A DNA stretch of 38,618 nt from Ionaspis alba (lineage: Eukaryota), in the NCBI GenBank assembly GCA_964255285.1, contig CAXUUL010000067.1, positions 1 to 38,618 of the forward strand. Direction: 5' to 3'. Shown here in pieces: positions 36,020 to 38,618 of the stretch (its first letter is position 1; every line of letters begins with the position of its first letter). The notes beneath the pieces are model-generated. The model saw only the letters and a program-made list of their open reading frames with translations. It was not told the DNA's origin and did no database searches. The position numbers were made by a program, and so were the translations under genes.

Positions 36020-37861
36020 CTAAAGCTTGTTCGGAGTCTGTTGTGTCATTGGCCACTGGTAGCCAGCCGGATCGCTGAATTTGTAGCCGTAGGACGAGAT
36101 GAAGTCATCTAGTACGGCAGGTCCTCGTGAACCTATGGGCGATCAGTGATTCGTTCTCTGTCAAGTGGTCTTTCCCAACATACCATATGGATACTCCATG
36201 GGAATAATCTCCTTGTTGCCATCAAGATAGTGAAGCAATGGCGTGAAGATCCTCCAACTTGCGTCTAGTTCATCGTCACGCACGAAGTTGGAGTGGTCAC
36301 CCTTCAGAGCATCCAGAATCAATGACTCATAAGCCTCTGGGATCTTCAAGTCGGAGAACCGACGACGGTAAGTTAGGTCAAGCTCAGTAACCACAGTCTG
36401 CATACTCAGGCCTGGGAGCTTGGAGTTCATCTTTATGTACACCGACTCGTTAGGCTGCACTCGGATAACAAGCTCGTTTCGAGGGATGTTTTGGAAGATT
36501 CCGGATGTGACATCCTTGAACTGGATGCGAATTTCTGTCTTTTGTTCATTGAGAGCTTAGTCTGGTCAGCGGATTGTTCAGATGGGTTAGTTGAGCAAAG
36601 ACAAACCTTTTCCGGCCTTCAGGATGAATGGTACACCGTCCCACCGCTCGTTCTTGATATGAGCGACCATTGCACAAAACGTGGGACACCTCGACTCTTT
36701 TGGAACAGTATCGTCCTCCTTGTATCCAGGCTTACCACCATCGAGCGACTTACCATATTGACCGATGATGACATTCTTGGGTTCTATGGCAGGAATACCT
36801 CGAAGAACCCGGACCTTCTCATCACGAATGTCCTCTGCAGAGAACGATATCGGTCTCTCCATTGCGAGTAGTGTCAGGACCTGCAGCAAATGATTCTGCA
36901 TGACGTCACGGATGATGCCAAACTCATCGAAGTAGCCTCCTCTCCCCTCTGTTCCAAAGGGCTCTTTGAAGGATATTTGGACATTGTCAATGTGATTGCG
37001 ATTCCAGGTGGCGCCGAAGAACTCGTTACCAAATCTCAGAATAAGTATGTTCTTGACCATTTCCTTCCCAAGGTAGTGGTCGATACGGAAGATCTCCTCC
37101 TCCTTCCAATTTGGCTTCAGGGCACGGGACAGCTCTCTCGAGCTCTGTAAATCCTTGCCGAACGGCTTCTCGACAATGATCCGCGCAATACCGCTCGTGG
37201 GATAACAGTTCTTTTTGATGTGTTCGGAGACGGTGGTGAAGACGCTTGGTGGTAGGGCCATGTAGAAGACACGGTTGTGTTCGGATCGACCTTTCTCAAG
37301 CCCCTCCAAGTGCTTTCTAAGCTCAACAAAAGACTCATCCTGGTCGTACTGCCCAGATACGTAGGTACATTTGCTGCAAAATTCGTCTAGCTGTTCTTCC
37401 ATCTCCTTCGAGGGTGTCTTGATATAGGACTTGACTCGCTTAAGGTACTCCTCATGATCCATCTTCGTTCGAGCATATCCGACGATTTTGATGTGTTTGG
37501 GTAGGAATTGGTTGCGGTACTAGTATTGGTCAGGTAGGCTGAGTTGGACAAGGCGCATGGGAGAAGGCATACCAGTCCGAACAGCGCTGGGAACTATGGA
37601 AATACTGTTAGGTCTAATTCTCTGAAAGAGTCTTTTTAGGTTCATTTTCGTACCGTCTTCTTCTTCGCAAGATCGCCTGATGCTCCTAGAACAACTATGA
37701 CAGTGTTGTCCTTCAGTTCTATCGTGCTATGATTTTCCGGCTGTCAGCGAGTTTGCCCCACGTCAAAGTAACCGTGCATGTAGAGATCGATAGGTGACGT
37801 CGGGTGGGGGAACTCACCCAGCGTTTTCCGGCTCATCGGGATGCACCACCGTGTCCGCCAT
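36020..37861 (-). CDS. ZWF1: Glucose-6-phosphate 1-dehydrogenase
   Basis: Exons 37861-37818, 37726-37654, 37593-37573, 37519-36607, 36555-36184 and 36132-36020. Motifs GASGDLAKKK, EKPFG, RIDHYLGKEMV, RDVMQNHLLQ and RWDGVPF. Ends in PNKL*. Confidence 0.98.
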
Positions 37862-38618
37862 GATTAGAGAAAAATCGCGAAGCTTAGAAGAGTATCGCCA
37901 GTAGGATTTTGTGAGGGCAATGGAGAGTGTTAAAGCTTGACGAGGTAGAGCTCTTTTGGTGGGGGGGAACTTCAGAGCGACCAAGACCGTTTCGTCACAG
38001 TCCAGGGGTTAGGCTGTGAGTAAGCACACAGCGCAAATTTCATGCAGTGAGAGCTTTTACTGTCCAATCAAACATGCTGAAATCCCGCCGAAGGAATCTT
38101 ATCAATTCTGAAATCCGAGTCGCTTTCTCCGGGGATATCCGGGACCTCTACGTGCCCTCAATTTTGATACATGTAGTGCTTCATGGAATAGACTCGGACG
38201 ATAGATGCTAGCTGCAACCCCCAGACGTGCCCGACACTCAAATTCTCTGTATTTACAAGGACTACTCGCTCCAGTGTATCGACCTTGTCGTAATGGTGCA
38301 TGACAACCAAGCCAATCGCTACCTGTCGCCGGTGATTCTTCTCATTTAAGAATTTGATAGCTAACAGGACCAAGGCTGCTCCAGAAGGTTTTGTGTAGAC
38401 TTGCGTCGAGAGATTTATACATATCTTGGAGGATAAGAAGTGAGTTTTGAGGGCTCATGTGGCTGTAGCATCAGCATGGATATCACGAATTTTCTCTTTG
38501 AATAAGCAGTAGCGACTTATACAGTAGCATTAGCATCGCTTTTGTCAGCAGAGCGTGTTGAAGAAGTCCGACAAAACACTGCGCGGGAATTGCTGCCTCT
38601 TCGCTTCCGACTCCACAC

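Noticed and set aside
38158..38373. 71-aa ORF upstream of G6PD
   Set aside because: Non-ATG start and no recognisable features.
1..38618. Biosynthetic gene cluster, transposon, tRNA/rRNA or CRISPR array
   Set aside because: I saw no backbone enzyme, transposase/RT motifs, terminal repeats, tRNA A/B boxes with a cloverleaf, or spaced repeats. Gene content is mostly unrelated housekeeping functions.

Overview
Gene-dense, intron-containing chromosomal DNA from a filamentous ascomycete (Pezizomycotina-type short GT/GC-AG introns with CTRAC branch points). The species cannot be identified from this window. I assembled 16 spliced genes by hand: Yos1, a LovD/EstB-like beta-lactamase-family esterase, a YNL115C-like membrane alpha/beta-fold protein, MDE1, calnexin, methylmalonate-semialdehyde dehydrogenase, ATP3, TOP1, a GH72-family protein, an atypical SDR, a BAH-PHD (EPR-1/BP1-like) chromatin reader, a CBS-domain protein, the PIC2 phosphate carrier, a DUF3602/Par32-like GRGG-repeat protein, a SUT1-like sugar transporter and G6PD. 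There is also a possible gene end at the left edge and a disrupted Myb/SANT-like locus at 13.1-15.1 kb. I recognised no tRNA, rRNA, transposon or CRISPR array. The best candidate for a new system is the GH72 gene: both catalytic glutamates are replaced, and a transmembrane helix plus a 94-aa cytoplasmic tail stand where the GPI signal normally is, which is the architecture of a beta-glucan-sensing pseudoenzyme receptor. A repeated, strand-symmetric switch from C-rich to G-rich sequence inside many genes is also notable. All assignments come from manual translation and recalled motifs, not from database searches.
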